IMG/VR virus record: IMGVR_UViG_2874968258_000008
Reading direction: 5' to 3' (one strand)
Origin: a virus
Taxonomy: Duplodnaviria; Heunggongvirae; Uroviricota; Caudoviricetes
Length of the DNA stretch: 38,535 nt
Shown: piece by piece, positions 28,526-36,516 of the stretch
Position numbering within the stretch: the first letter of the stretch is position 1
How the letters are laid out: every line of letters begins with the position of its first letter
The notes under the pieces: generated by a model
The model's input: only the letters and a program-made list of their open reading frames with translations
The model's database searches: none
What the model was told of the DNA's origin: nothing
Made by a program: the position numbers and the translations under genes

Positions 28526-28711
28526 CTACCACTCGATCGGCACGTAGTCATTAAGTTCCGGAGACCAATTGCACTTTTCACATCTGTGTTTTCCATTCTG
28601 GCAGATACATAAACGATAACGGCCACAATGCGGGCACCCATTTTCACCATTATCATAATCACCGAGCGACCATTCCTGCATAAGCAGCTCTTCTTCATCA
28701 TCATTTAGCAT
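28526..28711 (-). CDS. Small Cys-rich protein (61 aa), putative zinc ribbon, unknown function
   Basis: CPHCGRYRLCICQNGKHRCEKC cysteine pattern; last of three co-directional ORFs. Confidence 0.5.
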   Translation of the reverse strand: MLNDDEEELLMQEWSLGDYDNGENGCPHCGRYRLCICQNGKHRCEKCNWSPELNDYVPIEW

Positions 28712-28725
28712 TAATCCCCCTTGAG

Positions 28726-28965
28726 CTATTTACTCTTCTCGGCCCTCAAAATCATACGAGAACCATCATCCAGCTCCCAATTAATTTCACCGCCTTCTGC
28801 CATGACTAGATGCCAAACGAGTTGAGCGGCCTCGTTGGTTACATCGCGACCGCGATCATTTCCTACGCGGCGTTTTGTTCCGTCTCCTAAGTCACGCATT
28901 TTTGCCAATACGATGGTTTTTGATAGCGGTGAAAAACCAAGCTGTAGTCGTGCTGAATTACTCAC
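28726..28965 (-). CDS. Hypothetical protein (79 aa)
   Basis: ORF whose start overlaps the stop of the upstream 174-aa ORF (ATGA). Confidence 0.5.
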   Translation of the reverse strand: MSNSARLQLGFSPLSKTIVLAKMRDLGDGTKRRVGNDRGRDVTNEAAQLVWHLVMAEGGEINWELDDGSRMILRAEKSK

Positions 28966-29486
28966 TGGCTGCCCCCTTTGTACTGTGTTAACTCTTCCTG
29001 CTCCTGCATCATGCGATTGACCTGAACGCGTGTGCGTCGAACGGCAAAATTAAATTGAAACATGAGCCGGAACATTTCTGATGCTTCCGTGTGAGCATCA
29101 CGGATAGGTGACAGGCGGTACAGTTCTGCCTCCGTAGCTTGTTGAATCAATGACAGATCAAATTGAAGTGCGGGTCTGGTACATTTTGCACATCTGGCAG
29201 CAAGCTCCGGTATTAGTCTCTTAACGAAGGTGTTTTGCACCGCTTTGTTGATTTGTGTCTGCATCCAAATCGCAAATTTCAGCGAACGCATAAGTTTGAT
29301 AGCCTCGGGCAGCGGCAGATAGATCATGCTGGTAGATTTGGGTGGTTGGTGAACCATCTTCACGGATACGCGATTTCGCAGCGTTCGGAAAATCGTGTTC
29401 CCAACAACAGCTTCTACGGATACAGGACAGGGAGCCAGACCAGCCCGCAGTGCTTCTTTCATTAGCATGTATTCGTATTTTTTCAT
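28962..29486 (-). CDS. Hypothetical protein (174 aa)
   Basis: First ORF of a three-gene cluster downstream of parR; lower GC than the phage core. Confidence 0.55.
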   Translation of the reverse strand: MKKYEYMLMKEALRAGLAPCPVSVEAVVGNTIFRTLRNRVSVKMVHQPPKSTSMIYLPLPEAIKLMRSLKFAIWMQTQINKAVQNTFVKRLIPELAARCAKCTRPALQFDLSLIQQATEAELYRLSPIRDAHTEASEMFRLMFQFNFAVRRTRVQVNRMMQEQEELTQYKGGSQ

Positions 29487-29546
29487 CGTGTTTTCCTCGT
29501 GCGGGGCGACAGTGCACCCCGATAAAATTAAAAGCCGTCAAATTCG

Positions 29547-29858
29547 TCATTCAGGAAATAATGCCCGGATATTCCCTGCTATCTGACTGGTTATCTGTGC
29601 GGTTGGTACTGGCTGTGGCACGGGGCGTTCTGTCCTGGTTTGTGTCACCGATAACGCCTCATCGTCAGCCCATGCAGCCAGTCGGTAAGCCTCTGCTGGA
29701 TTCATTTTCAGAAGTGCCAGCCCGGCCAGAAAAGCCACGCGTTGGCCGCTTTTGCGGGCTTCTGGTGTAAGGCTGCCCAGCCAGGCGCATGCTTCGCTTT
29801 CGTTCTTGACGGCCGCAGGCTTCAGATAGAAACTTATCCGTCTGGTTGGTGTCGTCAT
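29547..29858 (-). CDS. parR: ParR-like centromere-binding adaptor protein
   Basis: 103-aa frame from MTTPTRRISFYLKP (ORF track extends to 29993); alignable from memory to plasmid R1 ParR (IAFKLNPD.., ..AALTAGLALYRQDP.., ..NILRSLFP); starts 4 nt after the parM stop. Confidence 0.65.
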   Translation of the reverse strand: MTTPTRRISFYLKPAAVKNESEACAWLGSLTPEARKSGQRVAFLAGLALLKMNPAEAYRLAAWADDEALSVTQTRTERPVPQPVPTAQITSQIAGNIRALFPE

Positions 29859-29862
29859 TGGT

Positions 29863-30822
29863 TTACTCCTTGTCCATTGCGTACAGCCCATTAACCAGAG
29901 CAAACTGTGGCACCCCGTCCGCGATGAAAGTCGCATTAACTCCGCAGGCTTCGCGGATAGCGGGTGCCACAATCTCCGCCCCTCCACCGACAACCATCAC
30001 CCGCCCGTAACCCGAAAAACCCGCCAGCGCGCGGATCACGCGTTGTTTCAGTGTTTCTTCCTTTTCACGAATAACCGCCATCAGGCTGGCGTAATGCGCG
30101 TCATTGTGGATGTGCTGGCGCAGCCAGGCTTCATCATGGCGATGTTCGATAATGGTATTGGCGATGTGGTGACTGGTGCGCATACCGTTAGTGGCCATCA
30201 CCGACAGTACGGCATCGGCCATCAGAGAAACGCCTACGTGTGGATCGCAAAACACCTGGCTGATACCTGCCAGTTGCCCCTGAACCTTTGCCACATCCAG
30301 CGTGGTTCCGCCCAAATCCACAATCAGCAGGGATTCAAACGGACTCATGTCAGCCAGTGCCTTAAAGCCAGCCGGAATGGATTCAGGCATAACCCGCACG
30401 TTACGGATAGTGAATGCTTCGCCGTTCTGGTACTCCACCGGGCGCATAACGTTCGCTTTTTTGCGGTTGATGTTGGCCATGTCCGGCTGTGCGTTTGTGT
30501 CGAAATACTCGCTCAGTGGCAGGGTGACAACCACATCCACCTCCTGTGGCGTGATGCCTGATTTGACCAGCGCGTGATGAATGGCAATGACATTTACATC
30601 GCTGTACTGGTATTGCGTGTCGGTTGTCTGGACAAAGCGATCGCTGACCGGATCAAAACCATAGCGCACGCCATCAAGCATGTAGTTCGCGGGCTGCATG
30701 CCACCGAACGGCGCAGACCATTCCGACTTGAAGCTGTTCGGGCTGATGGCGTTGCGGCGTTCGCCGTTCTCAGTCCATGCCAGCTTGATGTTGGTGGAGC
30801 CGTCGTCGATACAAATTTTCAT
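29863..30822 (-). CDS. parM: ParM/StbA-family actin-like segregation ATPase
   Basis: 319 aa; actin-fold motifs DDGSTNIK (phosphate 1), IVDLGGTTLDVA (phosphate 2), VVGGGAE (adenosine); extended similarity to R1 ParM along the whole length. Confidence 0.8.
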   Translation of the reverse strand: MKICIDDGSTNIKLAWTENGERRNAISPNSFKSEWSAPFGGMQPANYMLDGVRYGFDPVSDRFVQTTDTQYQYSDVNVIAIHHALVKSGITPQEVDVVVTLPLSEYFDTNAQPDMANINRKKANVMRPVEYQNGEAFTIRNVRVMPESIPAGFKALADMSPFESLLIVDLGGTTLDVAKVQGQLAGISQVFCDPHVGVSLMADAVLSVMATNGMRTSHHIANTIIEHRHDEAWLRQHIHNDAHYASLMAVIREKEETLKQRVIRALAGFSGYGRVMVVGGGAEIVAPAIREACGVNATFIADGVPQFALVNGLYAMDKE

Positions 30823-30853
30823 GTCGCTTTTCCTTATGTTGATTAATTAATCG

Positions 30854-30892
30854 TTTACGGGATTCTGAAATCCCGTTTTTGCCTGTTTTGTG
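30854..30892. repeat. Hairpin-containing direct repeat, copy 1, upstream of parM
   Basis: TTTACGGGATTCTGAAATCCCGTTTTTGCCTGTTTTGTG; near-duplicate of 30927..30965, which encodes the C-terminus of A. Confidence 0.5.
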
Positions 30893-30898
30893 CGCGCT

Positions 30899-33721
30899 TC
30901 ATATATCGCTGCGCGTTTTTTGCTCATTTACGGGATTCGTGAGTCCCGTTTCTGTCTGTTTTTTGTTTCCACTGGTCAGGCCACCCCGCAGCAGGTCTGC
31001 TTTGCGGCGGGCGCGTTCAGTGGTTTCACTGATTCTCTGTGCGTGCTCTGCGTCGCGGATGGCGCGCAGCATGTCAGAAAGCACGGTAACGGGTGTTTTC
31101 ATGGTGTTCTGGTCCTGCTGAAGTGTGGATGCCAGGCGTGCGGCGGCTTCAGGGTCTGATGCCCCCAGCTGTGTCAGATAGCTGGCGACCGGGTTATGGC
31201 GGATCTCCGTGCTGCTTACGCCATGATTACGGCTCAGGCGCTGCCAGAGCTGCGTGATTCGGCTGTCCGGGCGGGTATCCGGTTTGCGTACAATTTCAAA
31301 TCCCTGCGGTGCAATGATGCTGCCGTCAACGTACAGACTGCCGCCCCGTAACAGGTGCTGCATCTGTTGTTCACCGATATGCAGGCCGAGAGATTCAGCA
31401 GACTCCCGCCATTCTTTAGCGAGTAATTCGTGGTTATCAGGCAAAGGCCGCTGCTGTTTGCGGCTCTGTGTCCAGCTCTGCATTTCATCACTGCTGTTTT
31501 TTGCCTGTTTGTCACGAAGCGAACGCATCAGCGCCCGGCGTTCGTGCCGTTTCAGTGAGCGCATCCATTCATCCACATCAACGCCGTCAGGGAGCTGCGG
31601 CCACGGTGCTGGCCGTTCTTCCGGCTGTTCTGTCCCGTTGTTGTCCGTTTCCTGTACACGGGGACAGTTATTGCCACGAGTCCAAGGGGCGGCAGGGCCG
31701 CCCTGAAGGTCAAAACCATTTTCGCGGGCGCTGTCTTCCGCTTCCGGTTTGCGTCTTACCAGCTTCCAGTTATCCGGATGCGTGCACACACGGGAGGATT
31801 CCCCGATGAGTGGTGACCAGATCCCGTAAATCTGTACGCTCTGTTCGCCGTAATCGTTCAGCTCATCGGCGAGGTCGTAGGCGGTGCGAATCAGGTAGTC
31901 TTTGCGTGGAACAAGTACGCCGCCCTGTTTCTCTATGTAGGTGGCAAAACATCCGGCATCAGCGGCGGCAAGAACCGCATCCATTGCGTCATCCTTCAGC
32001 CGTTGCGGGCCTTCCGGGTTGCGTGCCATCTGGCTGGCAAGGCGGCGCAGTTCACGCCATACCTGGCAGGAGGGGATGCCAAAGAACTGGAACTGGCGGA
32101 CCCGGTGAAGGCGCGCCCAGCCGATGGCGCGTTCCACGCTCTCGGCCATTGATTTTCCGGTTTCGTGGTCAACGCGTGGCTTGCCCGTTTTCGGGTCGAT
32201 GCCATCCACGGCGCGGCTGTCCAGGTTTTTCCCGATGTAGGTGGCGATGTAGCTGGTTGGCGTGCCTTTTGAGCCGTCTACATACTCCGCCTTAAAGCGC
32301 GGAGTTATGTCATCGCCCAGCTCGTGACGATCTTCCTGAATGGCAATATCGCGGGTGTGGGACACAATGGTGTCGATTTCTTCCGGATGAGCAAAGACCA
32401 TCATATGCCAGTGCACGGTGCCGTCATGGTGAGGCTCCGCCGTGCGGATGCCATACCAGCGCAGGCCGTCGCGGTTCAGTTTTTTGCGGACCGTCGCAAA
32501 AAACGTGTTAACCAGGTAATCGCTGGAGTCGCGCATTGTGGCCCCGTTCCATTTGGGATTCGGATGACCGTTCTCCGTTGTGGCGTGGTATTTTGACGGG
32601 CAGGTGACAGTCAGAAACACCGCTTTGTCGCCACGGGCTTCGGCCAGAAGTTCCAGCCCCTTCATGGTGGCCATCATTTCTGCCTTACGGTGAACCGGGT
32701 TACTTACTCCCGCGTAATACACCGTCTCGAGATCAATCGTGAACCCGTCTTCATTTTCCAGCATGAAACTTTTCAGGAAATCGCGTGTTTTCTCGCGCTG
32801 TGCGCGAAACTCGCTTAACGCGTCCTGGCTCAGATAGGGCGATGTTTTTCTGGAAACCAGACAGGCGGCGCGAAGTTGTTCTTCTCTCCACTCGCAACGT
32901 AACAGCCACAGTTTGCGTTTCCACCATTCCGCACAGGTCAGGCGAAGGATTGCGCCCGGCAGCAGTTCTGTGTCCGGTTCGTGCCTCCGGTCTTTGTCTG
33001 TTGTCAGTGCGTCATAATGCGGAGGCATGGCGTGTAAGTGTAACGCCATGCGGGCCAGCATCTGATACGCCTTCAGCGTTACATCCATGGTCAGCTCGCC
33101 ATCAGTCGCGCCAAAACCATCGCAGAGTTTTTCGAAGGTGCTGCTGAACATCGCCGCCGTCATGGTGGCCAGCGTCTGTATCTGGTGTTTGTTGAGTTGC
33201 GGCAGGTAAAGCAAATCGTCCAGGCGTTCACGTCCGGCAAGGGAGCGATAACCCGGTGTCAGCCAGTGTCCGTCAGTGCGATCCAGACGTTCGAATATTT
33301 TGCGCAGGGTTCCGCGTGCATAGCGTTCCGCCTGCCAGCTCTTTTTGCCTTTCCGGCGATCGGCTTCCTGTTTTTTGCGCAGGAAGGAGAGGTGGCGAAT
33401 AAGCGGATCGCGCAGATAGGACGGCAGCAGGCGCAGCGAGGCCATGGCTTCATCCACCGCGCCGTGTGCCTGTTTTCTGGCGTCTCCTGCCAGTGTGATG
33501 GTTTTGTCCTGTTTTTCCTGTGCGTCCAGGCTTTTATTAATCAGGTTGCCCAGTGGCGTGGCGGAGAACGCCGCATCAGCCATTTCCTGGCGGCGCTCGT
33601 TCTCTGCCCGGTGGGCATCCAGCCAGGAGGAAAGCGCGGATTCAGGAGCGGGGATCCCCGTTCCTTCACGCCCCACTGCGTGGCGCGGTTGTTGCCAGTC
33701 CCTGATGTACTCTGCCGTCAT
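30899..33721 (-). CDS. A: Replication initiation endonuclease gpA (rolling-circle HUH family)
   Basis: 940-aa ORF with HUH metal-binding motif GTVHWHMMVFAHP and downstream Tyr-containing region, as in P2 A. Confidence 0.85.
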   Translation of the reverse strand: MTAEYIRDWQQPRHAVGREGTGIPAPESALSSWLDAHRAENERRQEMADAAFSATPLGNLINKSLDAQEKQDKTITLAGDARKQAHGAVDEAMASLRLLPSYLRDPLIRHLSFLRKKQEADRRKGKKSWQAERYARGTLRKIFERLDRTDGHWLTPGYRSLAGRERLDDLLYLPQLNKHQIQTLATMTAAMFSSTFEKLCDGFGATDGELTMDVTLKAYQMLARMALHLHAMPPHYDALTTDKDRRHEPDTELLPGAILRLTCAEWWKRKLWLLRCEWREEQLRAACLVSRKTSPYLSQDALSEFRAQREKTRDFLKSFMLENEDGFTIDLETVYYAGVSNPVHRKAEMMATMKGLELLAEARGDKAVFLTVTCPSKYHATTENGHPNPKWNGATMRDSSDYLVNTFFATVRKKLNRDGLRWYGIRTAEPHHDGTVHWHMMVFAHPEEIDTIVSHTRDIAIQEDRHELGDDITPRFKAEYVDGSKGTPTSYIATYIGKNLDSRAVDGIDPKTGKPRVDHETGKSMAESVERAIGWARLHRVRQFQFFGIPSCQVWRELRRLASQMARNPEGPQRLKDDAMDAVLAAADAGCFATYIEKQGGVLVPRKDYLIRTAYDLADELNDYGEQSVQIYGIWSPLIGESSRVCTHPDNWKLVRRKPEAEDSARENGFDLQGGPAAPWTRGNNCPRVQETDNNGTEQPEERPAPWPQLPDGVDVDEWMRSLKRHERRALMRSLRDKQAKNSSDEMQSWTQSRKQQRPLPDNHELLAKEWRESAESLGLHIGEQQMQHLLRGGSLYVDGSIIAPQGFEIVRKPDTRPDSRITQLWQRLSRNHGVSSTEIRHNPVASYLTQLGASDPEAAARLASTLQQDQNTMKTPVTVLSDMLRAIRDAEHAQRISETTERARRKADLLRGGLTSGNKKQTETGLTNPVNEQKTRSDI
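30927..30965. repeat. Hairpin-containing direct repeat, copy 2, inside the 3' end of gene A
   Basis: TTTACGGGATTCGTGAGTCCCGTTTCTGTCTGTTTTTTG; encodes ...KKQTETGLTNPVNEQ at the A C-terminus. Confidence 0.5.
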
Positions 33722-33727
33722 AGTGAT

Positions 33728-34093
33728 TTACTTCGTCATGCCATTCAGGGTGTCGCGGCAGACTGTAGCCAGCCGCTGAATTTCCAGCACGGTGTCTTCT
33801 GTGTCGGCATGGCGATGTGTGATGCGGATGCTGTCGGCAATCACATCGACGATTGCAGAGGATGGGCGCTGGTAAATGCCAATAACGGACGGGGTGCCAC
33901 CTTCAATGCGGTAAAGCCTGTAATTTCCCTCGTGGCTGTCAATCATGTAGCGACCATCAATAACAATCTTTCCGTCAGCGAGCTGCGGTACAGGCAGGGA
34001 TTTCAGGTACATGTCATAACGATCACGCACGCGAGCGGCAAGATCACGCTCTGTGTTGAGCAGGTATTCAAGAAAGTCGTTGGCGAGAATCAT
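33728..34093 (-). CDS. Early-operon hypothetical protein (121 aa)
   Basis: ORF immediately upstream of A with AGAGGA RBS. Confidence 0.6.
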   Translation of the reverse strand: MILANDFLEYLLNTERDLAARVRDRYDMYLKSLPVPQLADGKIVIDGRYMIDSHEGNYRLYRIEGGTPSVIGIYQRPSSAIVDVIADSIRITHRHADTEDTVLEIQRLATVCRDTLNGMTK

Positions 34094-34234
34094 TGCGGCA
34101 ATCCTCTTGTTACAGATGTGCGAAGGCCTCCCGCCGCAAGGTGCAGGAAAGGCCCGGAACAGGAATTAATGGAGTTTGTTTTGCTGCCGGATGAGCTGCT
34201 GAAGCCCGACGTGGTTTCCGGCAGTTGGAGGTGC

Positions 34235-34480
34235 TCATGCTCTGATTTCCCTCAGTAGCTGGTTGAACATCTGGGTTAGTGGGTTGCTACACCCAAACGG
34301 CATCAGGTTTACCTGATAAGAAAAGCGACCGCCTGTTTTGCGCTCTTTTCTTGTGACTAAACCGCTGCGCCAGAGACGGCGTAGCTCCGCATTAATGGTT
34401 GTGGTTGGTGTATTCAGTGCTGCGGCGATTTCTCCACTGCTACAACCCGGATTGGCAGCGATGTAGTCCAGAATGGTCAT
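34235..34480 (-). CDS. Small winged-helix DNA-binding protein (81 aa)
   Basis: MTILDYIAANPGCSSGEIAAALNTPTTTINAELRRLWRSGLVTRK resembles wHTH transcription regulators. Confidence 0.55.
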   Translation of the reverse strand: MTILDYIAANPGCSSGEIAAALNTPTTTINAELRRLWRSGLVTRKERKTGGRFSYQVNLMPFGCSNPLTQMFNQLLREIRA

Positions 34481-34680
34481 CTGCGTGACTCCTGTACCTG
34501 TCTGATAAGATTCACCTGCACCACGTTGGTGGCGCAGAAGTAAGTGCCGTCAGTGAGATAGATATGATGTGCATCCTTTTCTGAACGGTGTTTGTCGATT
34601 GTGGTAATCAGGCGTTCGTCAACTTCGTATTCACGTCCTCTGGAGGTGAAACGAACGACAGGAAAATGCTTAATTGCCAT
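34477..34680 (-). CDS. Early-operon hypothetical protein (67 aa)
   Basis: Frame from ATG 34680 preceded by AAGGAGG RBS (ORF track extends to 34731); stop overlaps the next start. Confidence 0.55.
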   Translation of the reverse strand: MAIKHFPVVRFTSRGREYEVDERLITTIDKHRSEKDAHHIYLTDGTYFCATNVVQVNLIRQVQESRR

Positions 34681-34766
34681 TACGCCTCCTTGGCGTGTGC
34701 GAATACCTCCGCGAATGCGGATTGTTTTCACATTTTCTTATTTAACCTAGGGTCTTATTTGCGCGG

Positions 34767-34880
34767 TTATTCTTCAGTGAAAAAGCGTTCAATCTTTTTT
34801 ACTGAATTAATAATTCGCATAATCCCAATGGCGCAGACCACCGAAATAATCAGAACAAGCCATGAAATAAATATACTCAT
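34767..34880 (-). CDS. Small hydrophobic peptide (37 aa), single predicted TM helix
   Basis: Manual translation MSIFISWLVLIISVVCAIGIMRIINSVKKIERFFTEE; start overlaps stop of upstream gene (ATGA); below ORF-track cutoff. Confidence 0.35.
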   Translation of the reverse strand: MSIFISWLVLIISVVCAIGIMRIINSVKKIERFFTEE

Positions 34881-35122
34881 GCGATATTTCCCAGCTTATA
34901 CGGTTCAATATGTTCCCCGCATTCTGCGGCACAGATCAGCTCGGAAAGTTCGTTAAGTGCATCCAGATCATCAGCGTAAAAAGCCACGTCATACAGACTT
35001 CGGATTGCTCTGGTCAATGAGTCACGGGCCGCACGTTCAGCATGAGCGCCTGATGCACTTAAGCGAAAATAAAAACGCTCAAGTGCTTTGTTAATGAGAG
35101 TTTTATATTCTTTGCCCATCAC
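34877..35122 (-). CDS. Early-operon hypothetical protein (81 aa)
   Basis: ORF in early leftward operon. Confidence 0.55.
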   Translation of the reverse strand: MMGKEYKTLINKALERFYFRLSASGAHAERAARDSLTRAIRSLYDVAFYADDLDALNELSELICAAECGEHIEPYKLGNIA

Positions 35123-35130
35123 AACGCCCT

Positions 35131-35418
35131 TTAATCTGCTTTCTGTATTTCAGCTTCTGAATCCATACAAATAATTTCGATACAGGGTTCATCGCCATTA
35201 ACCTGGCGTGCCTTTTCATCTTCGCTGATGATTTCTCGTACGGTCTGGTACGGAAGTTCCACAAGCAGTCGCGTGCCGTTCAGATAAACGTAAGTGGCTT
35301 CGTCGGCTCCGTTTTTACCCGCCGGAGTCACTCCGTCAATAGCGGATGCACGTAATAACAGTTCACCGCGAAAATCAATAAAACGGATAAATACACCTTG
35401 TGCATTGTCTTTGGTCAT
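35131..35418 (-). CDS. Early-operon hypothetical protein (95 aa)
   Basis: Frame from ATG 35418 with AGGTG RBS; the longer ORF-track version would overlap the upstream gene by about 100 nt. Confidence 0.5.
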   Translation of the reverse strand: MTKDNAQGVFIRFIDFRGELLLRASAIDGVTPAGKNGADEATYVYLNGTRLLVELPYQTVREIISEDEKARQVNGDEPCIEIICMDSEAEIQKAD

Positions 35419-35428
35419 AAAGCACCTG

Positions 35429-35767
35429 TTATAAATCAGCCTGTTTAATAAAACTTTGCCCGCGAAGCAGACGATCAACCGTGCGAAGTGCTTCGTATAA
35501 TGTGAAATCCTGCCCGAACTGATTGTCGCCACAGCTCAGTGCAAAAATGCGGTTTCCGGTAAACGGATTGCGTGGGCATTTGTGGATCACGATTCCAGCT
35601 TTCTCAATCAGCCAGGCGTGCTCGCCGATTTGTTTTACTGGGTAGCCATCCGGCGTTGCGTGTGTATCACTCAGGCTGTAGCGGATGTTGCTGCGTGATG
35701 CACTGGTAGTGAAACGGTTAGCGTGGCGTTCTGTTCCGGTACAAAAATTACGGCGTTGCTTCAGCAT
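35429..35767 (-). CDS. Early-operon hypothetical protein (112 aa)
   Basis: ORF directly downstream of the cox-like gene. Confidence 0.55.
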   Translation of the reverse strand: MLKQRRNFCTGTERHANRFTTSASRSNIRYSLSDTHATPDGYPVKQIGEHAWLIEKAGIVIHKCPRNPFTGNRIFALSCGDNQFGQDFTLYEALRTVDRLLRGQSFIKQADL

Positions 35768-35781
35768 AAAATGACACCTCG

Positions 35782-36060
35782 TTATTTTGTCATCTGCACG
35801 TATTTCTCTGCGTTTCTGATGGTTTTCAGGAAAATTGCGAAGAGATTTACTTTGCGTTTTGTGTTTCTTCCTTCTTGAGTAACGGGAATTACCGATCTAT
35901 CAGCCTGCCTTCTTACAGCGAGAATGCTTTGATTTGTGCGTTTCGCATAATCCTCTAGGCTTTCTTCAAGTACCGGTAGCCCATGTTCATTACGGTATGG
36001 GTAGAACGCCGCCAAACGCTCAAAATCCGCTTGTTCGTATGTGTTAAGGACTTTTGCCAT
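35782..36060 (-). CDS. cox: Cox-like excisionase / early transcriptional regulator
   Basis: 92 aa; YAKRTNQSILAVRRQADRSVIPV resembles the P2 Cox helix-turn-helix region (FAKLIGKSTGAVRRMIDKGKLPV); first gene of the operon divergent from C. Confidence 0.6.
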   Translation of the reverse strand: MAKVLNTYEQADFERLAAFYPYRNEHGLPVLEESLEDYAKRTNQSILAVRRQADRSVIPVTQEGRNTKRKVNLFAIFLKTIRNAEKYVQMTK

Positions 36061-36155
36061 GGTGTGATAACCTATTCAATCTGGTGCTATTTGTGGCTCT
36101 TTGTAGCGTCAAGTGGTACTCAACTGATAACCAATATAGTATTCAGGTGCACACC
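36061..36155. promoter_or_regulatory. Divergent early (Pe-like) and repressor (Pc-like) promoter/operator region
   Basis: 95-bp gap between divergent cox-like and C genes; TGATAACC occurs twice (36065 and 36125); role inferred from P2 organisation. Confidence 0.4.
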
Positions 36156-36467
36156 ATGTCAATAGAGATATCAAAGAAGCTAAAAGCAATTCGAGAATCT
36201 GAGGGGCTTAGTCAGGCAAAGTTCGCGGATTCAATAGGTATTGCGGTTGGTACGGTTAAGCAATACGAGACTGGTATTCGAGGTGTGGGAACGGAGGTTT
36301 TACTGAAAATCACAATGCACCCGGAATTTAAAAAATACACTACGTGGTTGATGAGTAACGAAACAAATGAGGCTGCTGGGCAGATCAGTCCTTCTCTCTC
36401 CCCTGATGGGCCAGAAAACACATCGTCTTCTCAAAAATCCCGCAAGACTGGCACACAGCCCGGCTAA
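36156..36467 (+). CDS. C: Immunity repressor C (P2 C-like, HTH)
   Basis: Frame from MSIEISKKLKAIRESEGLSQAKFADSIGIAVGTVKQYETG; C-terminal ...HPEFKKYTTWLMSNE...GQISPSLS closely parallels P2 C (...TPQFTKYTLWFMTNQ...GQIAPALA). Confidence 0.8.
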   Translation: MSIEISKKLKAIRESEGLSQAKFADSIGIAVGTVKQYETGIRGVGTEVLLKITMHPEFKKYTTWLMSNETNEAAGQISPSLSPDGPENTSSSQKSRKTGTQPG

Positions 36468-36516
36468 TCATGGAACGCTGGGGGCATGGTGGTCTTGTAA
36501 CGCTGGGGCTTCACGA

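Noticed and set aside
33185-34258. 357-aa plus-strand ORF
   Set aside because: Antisense to the 5' end of gene A and the adjacent early gene; no RBS; composition artefact.
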